Below are positions 46,152 to 55,813 of a DNA stretch of 64,000 nucleotides, piece after piece (the first letter of the stretch is position 1; every line of letters starts with the position of its first letter). Made by a program: the position numbers and the translations under genes. Under the pieces are notes generated by a model. It saw nothing but the letters and a program-made list of their open reading frames with translations. It searched no databases and had not been told where the DNA came from. Source of the DNA: Actinomycetota bacterium (GTDB taxonomy: Bacteria > Actinomycetota > UBA4738 > HRBIN12); NCBI GenBank assembly GCA_036280655.1, contig DASUQI010000037.1:8735-72734 (forward strand). Direction: 5' to 3'.

Positions 46152-46511
46152 TCAGCCCTCGCCGACGACCGTTCGCAGCGCCGCGTCGAACGAGTCCTCG
46201 AACGCGACCACGTCCCGGGCACCGGCCATCGTGAGGACGCCGCGGACCCGCGACCCCTCCGGGGCCACCACGGCGAGCCGCTGCTCGCGCCAGCGGAGGC
46301 GTTCGGCCATCTCGCCCAGCATGCGGATGCCGGCGCTGTCCAGGTAACTCACACCCGTCAGGTCGACGACCATCCCCGCGGCGGTGTTCGGGACCGCGTC
46401 GAGCATGGAACGCTCGAGCGTCGCCGCGTTCGACAGGTCGATCTCGCCGGTGACGCGGGCCACGACCGCGCCGTCCTGCTCCTCCACGGCGAGGTCGGCG
46501 AGCCGGCTCAC
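46152..46511 (-). CDS. STAS-domain anti-sigma-factor antagonist (RsbV/SpoIIAA-like).
   Basis: …VVARVTGEIDLSNAATLERSML…VVDLTGVSYLDSAGIRMLGE…. The GTG start overlaps the upstream gene's stop (GTGA). Confidence 0.78.
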   Translation of the reverse strand: MSRLADLAVEEQDGAVVARVTGEIDLSNAATLERSMLDAVPNTAAGMVVDLTGVSYLDSAGIRMLGEMAERLRWREQRLAVVAPEGSRVRGVLTMAGARDVVAFEDSFDAALRTVVGEG

Positions 46512-49165
46512 GGAGCGACCTTCGTTCGGACCGGTCGACGCATCCGAACCTCCGTGCCCGAGCCGCCCCGGTCGATCTCGACCGATCCCATGCATGCCTC
46601 GATCACGGAAAGGCCTCGCCCACCGCGACCGCGGGGAGCCCGCCAGCGGCCTCGGTCGCGGACGACGACATGGACCTCGTCGTTCGAGATCGCCGCTTCC
46701 AGCTCGACCCAGGCCTTCGACGGACCGTACGCGTGACGGATGCTGTTCGCGGCCGCCTCCGAGGAGGCGAGCACCACGTCGCCCTGCACGTCGGCGGGGA
46801 CGCCGGCCGCGTCGAGCCAGCGCGCGAGGCGTCGACGCATCTCCGACAGCGCGTCGGGCTCAGCGGGGATCCTCAGGCGGAGGTCGCCGGGGGGCGTGGG
46901 CGTGAGGCAGACGGCGAGCAGGGCGATGTCGTCCGAGACGTCGCCCGACACCATCGCCCCCAGGATCCGGTCGCACAGCTCTTCCGGATCGGCGTCGCGG
47001 TTGGCCTCGGCCGCCGCGATCAGCCGTCGCAGGCCCTCGTCGATCGCGAGGTCGTGCCGGTCGATCAGCCCGTCCGTGTAGAGGAGCACCATCTCGCCCG
47101 TCTCGAGCGACGCGGTCGAGGCGCCGAACCTCGCGTGCGGCCCGAAACCGAGCGGCGGGGCGAGCTCCATGTCGAGCAGTCGAGCCCCGCCCGGGCCGAG
47201 CGCGATCGGCGGCGGGTGCCCCGCGCTCACGATCGTGGCGGCGCGGGCCCCGACGTCGAGCGCGACGAGCAGGATCGTGGCCATCTCGTCCTCGGCGACC
47301 TCGTGCATCAAGGCGTCCGTGCGCTCCGCGACCACGGTCGGCGAGTGCCCCTCGAGTGCGTACGCGCGCACGGCCGTCCGCAGCTGCCCCATCAGACTCG
47401 CGGCATCGAGCCCGTGGCCGGCGACGTCGCCGATCACCAGGACGACCCGCTCGCCCCCGAGCGCGATCACGTCGTACCAGTCGCCCCCGGCCGCGACGCC
47501 GAGCTCCGCCGGCATGTACCGGGCCGCGATGAGCACGCCGTCCATCTCCGGGAACGACGACGGGAGCAACGAACGCTGGAGGGTGTCGGCGATCCGGTGC
47601 TCGCGTTCGAACTCGTGGCGTTCGGTCACGTCCTGCACGGTGCCGAACATCCGCACGGGCGTCCCGTCGTCGGCGAGCGAGAACCGCGCCCTCGCGTGGA
47701 GGTGCTTCGTCCGTCCGTCGGGCAGCTCGATCCGGTAATCCACGTCCGGCACGTCGGCGCGGCGCTGCTCGAGCGCGACCTCGGTGGTGCGGCGGATGCG
47801 TGCCCGGTCCGCCTCCGCGACGAATCCGATCGCCTTGTCGAACGTCACCGGGAACGCGCCGGGCTCGACGCCGTGGATCCGGAACATCTCCTCCGACCAC
47901 GACACCTCTCCGCTCGCGAGGTCCCATTCCCACGCCCCGATCCCCGCCACCTCGTGGGCTTCGGCGAGTTGCCGTTCGCTGCGGCGGAGCTTGGACTCGG
48001 CTTCCCGTCGCTCGGCGATCTGCGCGGCGAGCCGCTGGTTCGCGTCGGAGAGCTCCGTCGTCCGTCGTTGCACGCGGGCCTCGAGGTCCGCCGCGCCGCG
48101 TTCGAGGGCCTCCCGCGACCGGGCGCGCTCGGAGACGAGCGCGGCGAGGAAGAACGCGGTGAACGCGACGGTGGCGTTGAAGCCCAGGAGGGTGATCATC
48201 CGGTCGACGAGGTCAGTACCTTGGAATGGTCCCCGGTCCCCGACCGCCGCCCAGGTCGCCGCGCTGGAGACCAGCAGTGCGGCCGGCGCCGCCCCCGACT
48301 GCTCGAAGCGCCACGACGCCCAGCCGACGAACGGCAGCGCGACGAAGAGCAACGAGACGTCGGCCGTCACGGCGAACAGCGCGACGCCCGCGAGGACCGC
48401 GAGCACGACGAACAGCTCCAGCAGTTCGAGCCGGCGGGGCGGAAGGTAGCGGTGGTGGGCTCGGTTCCACGCCACCAGGAGGAACGGCGCGACCACCAGA
48501 ACCCCCATCGAGTCGCCCGCCCACCACACGGACCACGAGGTCCAGAACTCGCCCGATGCGAGCTGATCGGACAAGACGAGCGACGCCGCCCCGATCGTCG
48601 CGCTCAGGAGCATGCTCGAGAGCGCCGCGAACAGGAGCACGACGACGTCGCGGGGCCGGTCGAGCTCGGTCCGGAACCGGGCGCGCCGGAGGATCCACAC
48701 GGTGAGCAGCGGGGCGAGCGTGTTCCCGACCGCAGTGATGACGGCCGCGAACGGCGACTCTGTGATCGGGAGGTTGACGGCCAGAGCGCCGATCGCGATG
48801 CCCGGCCACCACCGGGTGCCGAAGAGCAGCAGCACGGCCACCGCGATACCCGTCGGCGGCCAGAGCGGCGTGATGTTCTCCTCGACGAGCGCGAGGCGGA
48901 GGCTGAAGAAGGCCGCCAGCCCGTAGACGCCCGCGAGCAGCGCGAAGCCCCCGATGGTTCTGAGGGTGCGGCGTCGCGTGTCGTCCTCGGGGCGCACGTT
49001 CCCCGCCGTGCCGTTTCCCCTGTTCGCGTCCACGGTGGCGCCACCATGCCCCAGAACGGCCCGGTGCGCCAACCCTCGCGCGGCCTCACGCCTCCGATGC
49101 GGTTCAGATCGGGACGATCGTCCCGAGGCCGAACGGCGCACCGCCCGACGGTAGGCTGAGGCCAT
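46508..49165 (-). CDS. Multidomain signalling protein: MASE1 membrane sensor, coiled coil, PAS, PP2C (SpoIIE-like) phosphatase, HATPase_c (RsbW-like kinase).
   Basis: MASE1 helices (…ITPLWPPTGIAVAVLLLFG…). PAS (…GIGAWEWDLASGEVSWSEEMFRIHG…). PP2C (…GGDWYDVIALGGERVVLVIGDVAGHGLDAA…LLYTDGL…). HATPase (…EAAANSIRHAY…VHVVVRDRGRW…). The N-terminal start is approximate. Confidence 0.83.
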   Translation of the reverse strand: MASAYRRAVRRSASGRSSRSEPHRRREAARGLAHRAVLGHGGATVDANRGNGTAGNVRPEDDTRRRTLRTIGGFALLAGVYGLAAFFSLRLALVEENITPLWPPTGIAVAVLLLFGTRWWPGIAIGALAVNLPITESPFAAVITAVGNTLAPLLTVWILRRARFRTELDRPRDVVVLLFAALSSMLLSATIGAASLVLSDQLASGEFWTSWSVWWAGDSMGVLVVAPFLLVAWNRAHHRYLPPRRLELLELFVVLAVLAGVALFAVTADVSLLFVALPFVGWASWRFEQSGAAPAALLVSSAATWAAVGDRGPFQGTDLVDRMITLLGFNATVAFTAFFLAALVSERARSREALERGAADLEARVQRRTTELSDANQRLAAQIAERREAESKLRRSERQLAEAHEVAGIGAWEWDLASGEVSWSEEMFRIHGVEPGAFPVTFDKAIGFVAEADRARIRRTTEVALEQRRADVPDVDYRIELPDGRTKHLHARARFSLADDGTPVRMFGTVQDVTERHEFEREHRIADTLQRSLLPSSFPEMDGVLIAARYMPAELGVAAGGDWYDVIALGGERVVLVIGDVAGHGLDAASLMGQLRTAVRAYALEGHSPTVVAERTDALMHEVAEDEMATILLVALDVGARAATIVSAGHPPPIALGPGGARLLDMELAPPLGFGPHARFGASTASLETGEMVLLYTDGLIDRHDLAIDEGLRRLIAAAEANRDADPEELCDRILGAMVSGDVSDDIALLAVCLTPTPPGDLRLRIPAEPDALSEMRRRLARWLDAAGVPADVQGDVVLASSEAAANSIRHAYGPSKAWVELEAAISNDEVHVVVRDRGRWRAPRGRGGRGLSVIEACMGSVEIDRGGSGTEVRMRRPVRTKVAP

Positions 49166-49217
49166 CGAGGCGCCGAGGAGGAACCCATCGACCGACGGGA
49201 CGAGCTCATCCGTGCCG

Positions 49218-50307
49218 GCGTGGAGGTCGCCTCCGAGCACGACCTCTCGGCGATCCTTCGGCGAATCGTCGAGCTCGCGTCCAGCTGACCGACGCGCGGT
49301 ACGGCGCGCTCGGCGTCCTCGGTGCCAACGGCGGGCTGTCGGATTTCATCAGCACCGGCGTGACCGACGAGCAGCGCGCCGCGATCGGCGATCCCCCGCA
49401 CGGCCGGGGGATCCTCGGACTGCTCGTCAGCGAGGCGCGGCCACTGCGCCTGCGCAATATCGCCGATCATCCGAGCTCCGTCGGGTTCCCGCCGAACCAC
49501 CCGCCGATGCGGTCGTTCCTCGGCGCTCCGGTGAGCGCCCGGGGCAGCGTCTTCGGCAACATCTACCTCACCGACAAGCAGGGGGCGGTCGAGTTCGACG
49601 AGGGCGACGAGGAGACCCTGGTCGTGCTGGCGACGCAAGCCGGCGTCGCGATCGAGAACGTCCGACTGCTGGAGGAGACGGAGAGCGCGCAGGAGCGGCT
49701 CCGGGAACTGTCCGTCCTCGAGGACCGGGAGCGGATCGCGCGGGAGTTGCACGACGGCGTGATCCAGTCGCTGTTCGCCGCCGGCATGAGCCTCCAGGGA
49801 GCGGCCGCGATGACGGCGACGCCAACCTCGGCGGGCCGGATCGAAGGCGTGGTCACGGACCTCGACCGGACGATCGGCGATCTCCGCAACTACATCTTCG
49901 GGCTCCGGCCGGGTCCGCTCGCCGACCGCGAGCTCGACCGGGCACTGCGCGACCTCGCGGAGGACTTCCAGGAGCGGACCGGGATCGTGACCGTCGTCGA
50001 GGTGCAGCCGGCGACCGCCGCCGCGATCTCTGCCGAGGCGGGCGACGTGCTCCAGATCGTCCGCGAGGCGCTCTCCAACGTCGGGCGTCACTCCGGGGCG
50101 GAGACGTGCCGGCTCGTGCTCCGGCAGGCGAACGGGATCGCCACGCTCGAGGTCGACGACGACGGCGCGGGCTTCGGTTCGGCGTCAGTGGAAGGCAGCG
50201 GCCTCCCCAACCTCCGTGCACGCGCCGAGCGCATCGGCGCGACGCTCGCGATCGACAGCTCGGGCAACGGGACCACCGTGCGCCTCGAGATCCCCCTTCT
50301 GCGCTGA
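49218..50307 (+). pseudogene. Sensor histidine kinase (GAF + HisKA_3 + HATPase_c, DevS/NarL-partner type) with an apparent frameshift.
   Basis: Frame A encodes …EVASEHDLSAILRRIVELASS* and frame B continues LTDARYGALGVLGANGGLSDFI… (GAF), then …ERIARELHDGVIQSLF… (HisKA_3) and …GSGLPNLRARAERIGATL… (HATPase). One base seems to be missing near 49276 (agc[c]tgacc). Confidence 0.7.
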
Positions 50308-50349
50308 CCGGAAGCCCCGTCCCCGGCGGGACCAGGAGCCCTCCTCCAT

Positions 50350-50860
50350 GTGGCCCCGGTCCGGGACGATCGACGCGTGTTCGTCCGGTACTTCGTCGAG
50401 CTGCCGCTGGCGCACGAGATCGTGGCCGAGCGCCTGGAGGCCGACCCGCAGTCGTGGCTCCCGCCGATCGCCGGATCCACGAGCGAAGACGGCGAGGCCC
50501 TGCTCGCCGAGGTCGGCTTCGGCGAGCGGCCGCGCATCGCGCGACGCGTGGTCGTCGAGACCGGGACCGTCGCCCACCTCGGCGGGACCACGGTCCTGCC
50601 CTTCACCTGGATTGCCTCGAGCGGCGCGGCGCTCTTCCCGCGGCTCGCGGCCGACCTCGAGGTCGCGCCGATCCTGCCGACGCGGACATAGCTCGCGATC
50701 AGCGCGGTGTACGAGCCACCCCTCGGCCTCGTGGGCCGGGCGGCCGACCGCGCGCTCCTGCACCGGGTCGCCGAGGCGACCTTCAAGGACTTCCTCGAGC
50801 GGGTCGCGACCCGGCTCGCCGAACGCGCCGGCGACGAACGGCCGGCGTCCGTGTCTGGGT
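50350..50860 (+). pseudogene. Hypothetical protein interrupted by an in-frame TAG.
   Basis: 113-aa ORF …LEVAPILPTRT, then TAG (about 50689-50691), then the same frame continues for 55 well-formed codons (LAISAVYEPPLGLVGRAADRALLHRVAEATFKDFLERV…) to a stop at 50858-50860. Confidence 0.45.
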
Positions 50861-50863
50861 AGC

Positions 50864-51535
50864 ATGGCGACGATGACGAAGGCGCCGCCGCTCCGCGTGA
50901 TGCTCGTCGACGACCACGAGGTCGTGCGGGACGGCATCCGCGCGATGCTCGAACCCGAGGAGGACGTCGTCGTCACGGCCGAGGCCGGAACGGTCCGCGA
51001 GGCCGTGGACGAGGCCTCGCGCACCCGTCCGGACGTGATCGTGATGGACGTGCGGCTCGCGGACGGCAGCGGGATCGAGGCAACGCGCGAGATCCGCGCG
51101 ATGCTGCCCGAAACGCGCGTGCTGATGCTGACGTCGTTCGCCGACGACGAGGCCCTGTTCCTCGATCATGGCCGGCGCGTCGGGGTACGTGCTCAAGCAG
51201 GTCCGCTCTGGCGAGCTGCTCCGGGCGATCAAGCAGGTGGGCGACGGCCGCTCGCTCCTGGATCCCGAGGTCACCGGCTCGGTCCTCGAGCGTCTGCGGA
51301 AGGGCAAGCACCTCCTGAAGGACGAGCGGCTCGCCAGGCTGTCTCCACAGGAGGAGCGAATCCTCAACATGGTCGCGGAGGGCCGGACGAACAAGGAGAT
51401 CGGCGACGAGCTCGGCCTGGCCGAGACCGTCAAGAACTACGTCTCGAGCATCCGTCTAAGCTCGACGTCGCGAGACGAGCCGAGGCGGCCGCTTATCTGG
51501 CAAGGCACACGACCACGCCGGGCTCGGTCGAGTAG
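50864..51535 (+). pseudogene. NarL/FixJ-family response regulator (REC + LuxR HTH) with two compensating frameshifts.
   Basis: Frame 1: MATMTKAPPLRVMLVDDHEVVRDGIRAM…DVIVMDVRLADGSG…LMLTSFADDEALF. Frame 2 (about 51169-51458): MAGASGYVLKQ…LSPQEERILNMVAEGRTNKEIGDELGLAETVKNYVSSI. Then back to frame 1: …SKLDVARRAEAAAYLARH*. Confidence 0.75.
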
Positions 51536-51579
51536 CCGGCAGAGCGTTCTCCGCGATCGCCTTCGTATGCTCGGTTGTC

Positions 51580-52248
51580 GTGTCGAGACTCGCCAATGTT
51601 GCGGTTCCCTGCTCTGTTGCCGTCCTCCTGCTCGCGGCCTGCACGGGCGAGGACGCGACGGGACCCGCCGCGTCCGGTTCCGATCGCTCCTCGGCATCAC
51701 CATCGCCGACGCCGTCCCCCTCGGAAGGGTCCTCGCGGAGGGGCACCAGCCCGATCTTCACCACCGCCAACGAGTTCGTCCTGGCGCCAGAGGACACGCC
51801 GTACCCGTACACCAGGCCGATCTCGCCGCGGACGCGGACCCCCCTCGACGGGACGTACCTGCGGATCCTCACGATCGAGGACGTGGACGGCCTGCTGCCG
51901 TTCCGGTGCCTGCGATGTCCCCCCTTCTTCCTGAACGCCGGCGTGAGCACGATCGCCTTCCACAGGGGCAGCTACTGGCTGAACCACCAGCTCTCGGGGT
52001 TCAAGTCGCTCGGGATGTATACGGTCGAACGGAACCGGGTCACGTTCTTCAACGACCCGTGGTGTCCGCAGGACCGGGGCACCTACCGGTGGGACGTCCG
52101 CGATGGCGCGCTCTTCTTCGAGCCGGTCTCCGGCACGTGCGTCTACGAGGAGGCGCGGGCCAAGGACCTCACGAAGAGCCCCTGGACGAAGATCAAGCCC
52201 TGCGTCTACCTGATCGAGCACCTCTGGCCCGGCCCGATCGCCTGCTGA
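51580..52248 (+). CDS. Cys-rich lipoprotein (hypothetical).
   Basis: Signal peptide with lipobox (VAVLLLAAC), a Pro/Ser-rich linker, and eight Cys in the mature domain. Confidence 0.6.
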   Translation: MSRLANVAVPCSVAVLLLAACTGEDATGPAASGSDRSSASPSPTPSPSEGSSRRGTSPIFTTANEFVLAPEDTPYPYTRPISPRTRTPLDGTYLRILTIEDVDGLLPFRCLRCPPFFLNAGVSTIAFHRGSYWLNHQLSGFKSLGMYTVERNRVTFFNDPWCPQDRGTYRWDVRDGALFFEPVSGTCVYEEARAKDLTKSPWTKIKPCVYLIEHLWPGPIAC

Positions 52249-52393
52249 GGGCCAGCTCGGGCGACACACTGCGGATCCGTTGCCGGCGGGAGGCGTAACA
52301 CGTCGCCAGAGCGAGCGGCGCGGCCCACGGAGACCTCCACCGTTCACCTAGAGTTCATCGGTCGATGACGCGATCCGAACCCGACCCGATGCC

Positions 52394-52894
52394 GTGAAGG
52401 AAGCGGCTCCCATCCTTCGAGGGCTGACCGTCGAGGACGCCGCAGCATGTGACGCGATCGTCGCCGGCCTGCCGTATCACTTCGGGAACGAGCGCGGCGT
52501 CGCCGCGTGCGCGGAGGCCGTTCGTAGCCAGGAAGGGTTCGTCGCGGCGATCGACGAGCGGGTCGTCGGCTTCCTCACGTTCGAGGCTCACTCGGCCGAG
52601 AGCGTTGAGATCACGTGGATGGCCGTGCACGCCGAGCATCGTCGGCGTGGCATCGGACGTTCGATGATCGAGCACGCATCCGCCAACCTGGCCGCGCGGG
52701 GCGTCCGGTTCGTCTCCGTCCTCACGCTTGGACCCTCCGTCCCTGAGGACGTCCCGGACGGGTACGACGGAACCCGGCGCTTCTATCGAGCGGTTGGGTT
52801 CACGCCCTTGCGCGAGCTGGATCTGCGCTCCTGGGACGACGAGTCGGCGCTGCTCCTGGTCCGCGCACTCGGTCCGAGCCACACGATCGAGTGA
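52394..52894 (+). CDS. GNAT-family N-acetyltransferase.
   Basis: …WMAVHAEHRRRGIGRSMIEHA… acetyl-CoA binding motif (R/Q-x-x-G-x-G/A). Confidence 0.8.
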   Translation: MKEAAPILRGLTVEDAAACDAIVAGLPYHFGNERGVAACAEAVRSQEGFVAAIDERVVGFLTFEAHSAESVEITWMAVHAEHRRRGIGRSMIEHASANLAARGVRFVSVLTLGPSVPEDVPDGYDGTRRFYRAVGFTPLRELDLRSWDDESALLLVRALGPSHTIE

Positions 52895-53412
52895 TCGATC
52901 GGTTGCGTAGATCATGGACAGCCGGTCGTGTTCCCTTGGCTCGACGGACAGGAGCCTTAGGTACCGCCGATCGGTCACGCTTCCGAACAGAGGCTTCCCT
53001 CCACCAAGGAGCACGGGGTTCACGATGAGCCGGATGTCATCGATCAACCCGATGTTGATCATGCTAGAGACGAGCAGCGCTCCTCCAACCACGTAGATGT
53101 TCTTGCCGGAGTGCTCTTTCAGCTTCCGGATCTCTCGAGGTCCGGCGCGACGCGTGAGTTACTCCACGCAACATCCATCGGCTTGCGAGAGACGACGATG
53201 TGGGGCCTCCTGGACGCCCACGTCGCATATTCGATCTCCTTGGGCGTCGCCGGCTTCCCGCTCAAAGGCAGCGAGGCTTCGGGGTCTTCCAAGACCGCCG
53301 TCCAGTACTCCTCCCAGCCCGGATGGAAGGACCGGTGGGTTGGCGAAGCATCCTCGCGATGCCGGGCGGATCTGAGCTTGCCCTCTGGCAAGCGAAGCGC
53401 TGACGAGGGCAT
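52895..53412 (-). pseudogene. Dihydrofolate reductase-family (RibD_C-like) gene fragmented by a frameshift.
   Basis: The N-terminal part is in ORF 53119..53412 (…GWEEYWTAV…IVVSRKP…). The C-terminal part is at the start of ORF 52355..53092 (MVGGALLVSSMINIGLIDDIRLIVNPVLLGGGKPLF…YATDR) in another frame. An intact paralogue is at 62302..62907. Confidence 0.5.
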
Positions 53413-53419
53413 CGTCGCG

Positions 53420-53464
53420 TGGTGGGCGCTAGAGGAATTGAACCTCTGACCTCTTCCGCGTCAA
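53420..53464 (-). repeat. 45-bp partial copy of the tRNA-Val(GAC) 3' half (island attR-type direct repeat).
   Basis: tggtgggcgctagaggaattgaacctctgacctcttccgcgtcaa is identical to 60288..60332, the 3' end through the anticodon loop of the intact tRNA. Confidence 0.85.
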
Positions 53465-53667
53465 AGAACGAACAGGCAACGCTGTGACCAGCGCTCTCGC
53501 AGTTCAGTGGCCGTTGGAGGAGCCACAGATGTACCGCTGGGTACAGCCTGGTCCCGTCGGCTCCTGACCAGATATTGACCGACAGTCCCTCGCTCGATCG
53601 GATGGCTCCTGAGCGGGCACATCATTCCCGGGTCACAGGAGACGCGAAGTGTTCCTCCACCGTCCGA

Positions 53668-54147
53668 CTAGCCTCGTAGGGCGGCGAGGCGAGGCGAGAG
53701 CATTCCAAAGAGCGTCGAAACCAGCTGCATACCGTTAAGGATGATCGCCAGCATCGCCAACGTGCGACCGAGACGGTCCGAGGCTCGGACCTCACCCCAG
53801 ATCGCGAAGATCAGCCCGACGGCATATCCCGCCGGCATGAGGATCAGCCCGGCCGCCCCGGAAGGGACCGGGGCAATCCATCCCCAGAACCATCCCAGGA
53901 GGAGCGAGGCCCAAACTATCGGTGGGACTGCCGGACGCCTGTCCGTCTCGGAGGGTTTGAAAGGAGCGGGAACGCGCTCGGAGGTCGGCAGAACGCCGTT
54001 CGGTCCCCACACATCGCCCAACCGCGAGGCCCCGACCGGCGCCCTTGGCGCAGCCCACGCGGGAGCCTCGGCGGGATTCTTGTGGCATGTGGGACAGACG
54101 GTCGCCTCGTCCCGCAGTTCCTCGGCGCAGTGCGGACACACCTTCAC
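53668..54147 (-). CDS. Zinc-ribbon (CPHC…CPTC) N-terminal domain protein with C-terminal TM helices.
   Basis: MKVCPHCAEELRDEATVCPTCHK…, then a Pro-rich linker and two or three hydrophobic helices. Confidence 0.5.
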   Translation of the reverse strand: MKVCPHCAEELRDEATVCPTCHKNPAEAPAWAAPRAPVGASRLGDVWGPNGVLPTSERVPAPFKPSETDRRPAVPPIVWASLLLGWFWGWIAPVPSGAAGLILMPAGYAVGLIFAIWGEVRASDRLGRTLAMLAIILNGMQLVSTLFGMLSPRLAALRG

Positions 54148-54204
54148 GCTGATTGTTTCGGCACGCGGTCGCGGTTGCCTTACGGAAGGGTCCGCCGCCG
54201 GCGG

Positions 54205-54783
54205 TTAGGCCGGCTCGCCGATGAAGCGACGGTAGCGGTCGCGGCACTCAACTGCCGGCTCGCCAGATCGGAACAGGAATGAGACGGGCGAGAGCTCGCC
54301 GCTTCTGTCGTGGCGCTTCAACACCACGGCGTACCGCTCCTCCTGGGAAGTCTCTAACTCGCGGATTGGGTCGATCAGCGCGTCGGCCACCTCGAGACCG
54401 TCTTCGTCGACGATCACGGCATGCGTGATGCTCTCGCGGGGGAGGCGTGCGAATTCGGCCTCGGGATCGTGGTTCCAGTTATCGAGCAGCACGAAGTCCT
54501 GAGCCGTAACCGCGACCAGAATCGAGCGGAACTCTCCGTCGACCCGAGCGAGGCCCGAGAAGAACGTGGCCTCCGATGCAATCGCTCGGAGTTTCTCGGT
54601 CCGACGCATAGCCGCCTCATGGCGGAGGGCCTCATCCTCCGTGAGGGATGCCATCGCCGCGCGGGCGTCATCGAGCTCGAGGTCGTGCAGGCCACCCCAA
54701 ATCACGTACGCGACGCCGGCACGTCTCGCACCTGGGAGAACATTGCCCAAGGCTGACCCGATCGCCTCAATCGCGTCGCTCAT
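54205..54783 (-). CDS. Hypothetical protein (192 aa).
   Basis: Long ORF with island-type codon usage. No recognisable motif. Confidence 0.4.
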   Translation of the reverse strand: MSDAIEAIGSALGNVLPGARRAGVAYVIWGGLHDLELDDARAAMASLTEDEALRHEAAMRRTEKLRAIASEATFFSGLARVDGEFRSILVAVTAQDFVLLDNWNHDPEAEFARLPRESITHAVIVDEDGLEVADALIDPIRELETSQEERYAVVLKRHDRSGELSPVSFLFRSGEPAVECRDRYRRFIGEPA

Positions 54784-55216
54784 GCGTCCCCTTCATGCGG
54801 ACCTGCCTTGCGCCTATCGGAAATCATCGGCTGAGCCCCCTCCCGGCATGAATAGGCGCGTGGTCAACGACGTCCATCGTGCTTCGTTACCAAGCCGGGT
54901 GTCGCAGCTTGCGCCCGATTGAGCTGATCCACGGCTACGGGAGCGGCACCTGAGCGACTGCGAGGAGGACAGGACACGGCGGGCCGTCCTGATCGGGATG
55001 CTACGGGAGATGGATGCCGAGAGTTGGCGGCTACTCCCCGTCTGACCGCACCCAACGAGCAACCGTGTCGGCCAACCCCTTCGTCGGCCACCATGTCACC
55101 ATGAACAGTCGACCGGTTGAGAACCTGCCGATGACCCACCATCCGAAGTGCTTACCGCGTCGGAAGGTGGCGTTGCGGTTACTCATGGGCCTCCTTCGGG
55201 TCGCCTAGGATCGCGA

Positions 55217-55684
55217 TCAGATCGCCGACGACTTCATCGAGCGGTCGGCTTGCATCCAGTTCATGCGTGCAGCCCTTCTGAGGAGCGGCTCGACCTCAGC
55301 GAGGTCCGCCAAGATCATCGCTCGTTCCGACGGAGTTCTCCCGTTGGTGTTCGTCGTTCTGCGTGCAACCCGGTCAAGGATCACGTCAGCAGGGGCGCTG
55401 AGCAGGACGACCGCGTCGAAGCGATCGCAGAACTTCGACTGGTTCCACACGCACCCTTCAACGAAGAGCGAGCGACCATCATCGGAGTCCAGTAGCTCGG
55501 TGATCTTCTCCTCGACCCAGAGCCACTCCCCGAGGTGCAACTCGTCTGAGGGCTCAAGATACGCGCGATACTCGCTCCAGCCCGGATCATCGGTGTCTAC
55601 GACGCGATAACCGCGACGGGCAAGCTCGGCGAGCGCCGACGACTTGCCGGTTCCCGACATACCAGTCACCAAGACCCTCGACAC
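55217..55684 (-). CDS. P-loop NTPase (AAA_33 / small kinase-like).
   Basis: MSRVLVTGMSGTGKSSALAELARRGYRVVDTDD… Walker A at the N-terminus. Confidence 0.68.
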   Translation of the reverse strand: MSRVLVTGMSGTGKSSALAELARRGYRVVDTDDPGWSEYRAYLEPSDELHLGEWLWVEEKITELLDSDDGRSLFVEGCVWNQSKFCDRFDAVVLLSAPADVILDRVARRTTNTNGRTPSERAMILADLAEVEPLLRRAARMNWMQADRSMKSSAI

Positions 55685-55813
55685 AGTGGAACGCTACCGA
55701 GTGTCAAGCGGCGGCGTCGCGGGCGCGGCCTCCGCCCCAAAGTCAGCGGCGGGATGGGCGCGTGAAGTCGGTCACGCTTCGGGAACGTACATCTGACGGG
55801 ACGTCAAGGCGCC

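Noticed and set aside
46670-49159. 829-aa plus ORF.
   Set aside because: Antisense to the MASE1-PAS-PP2C-HATPase gene, which has unmistakable domain motifs.
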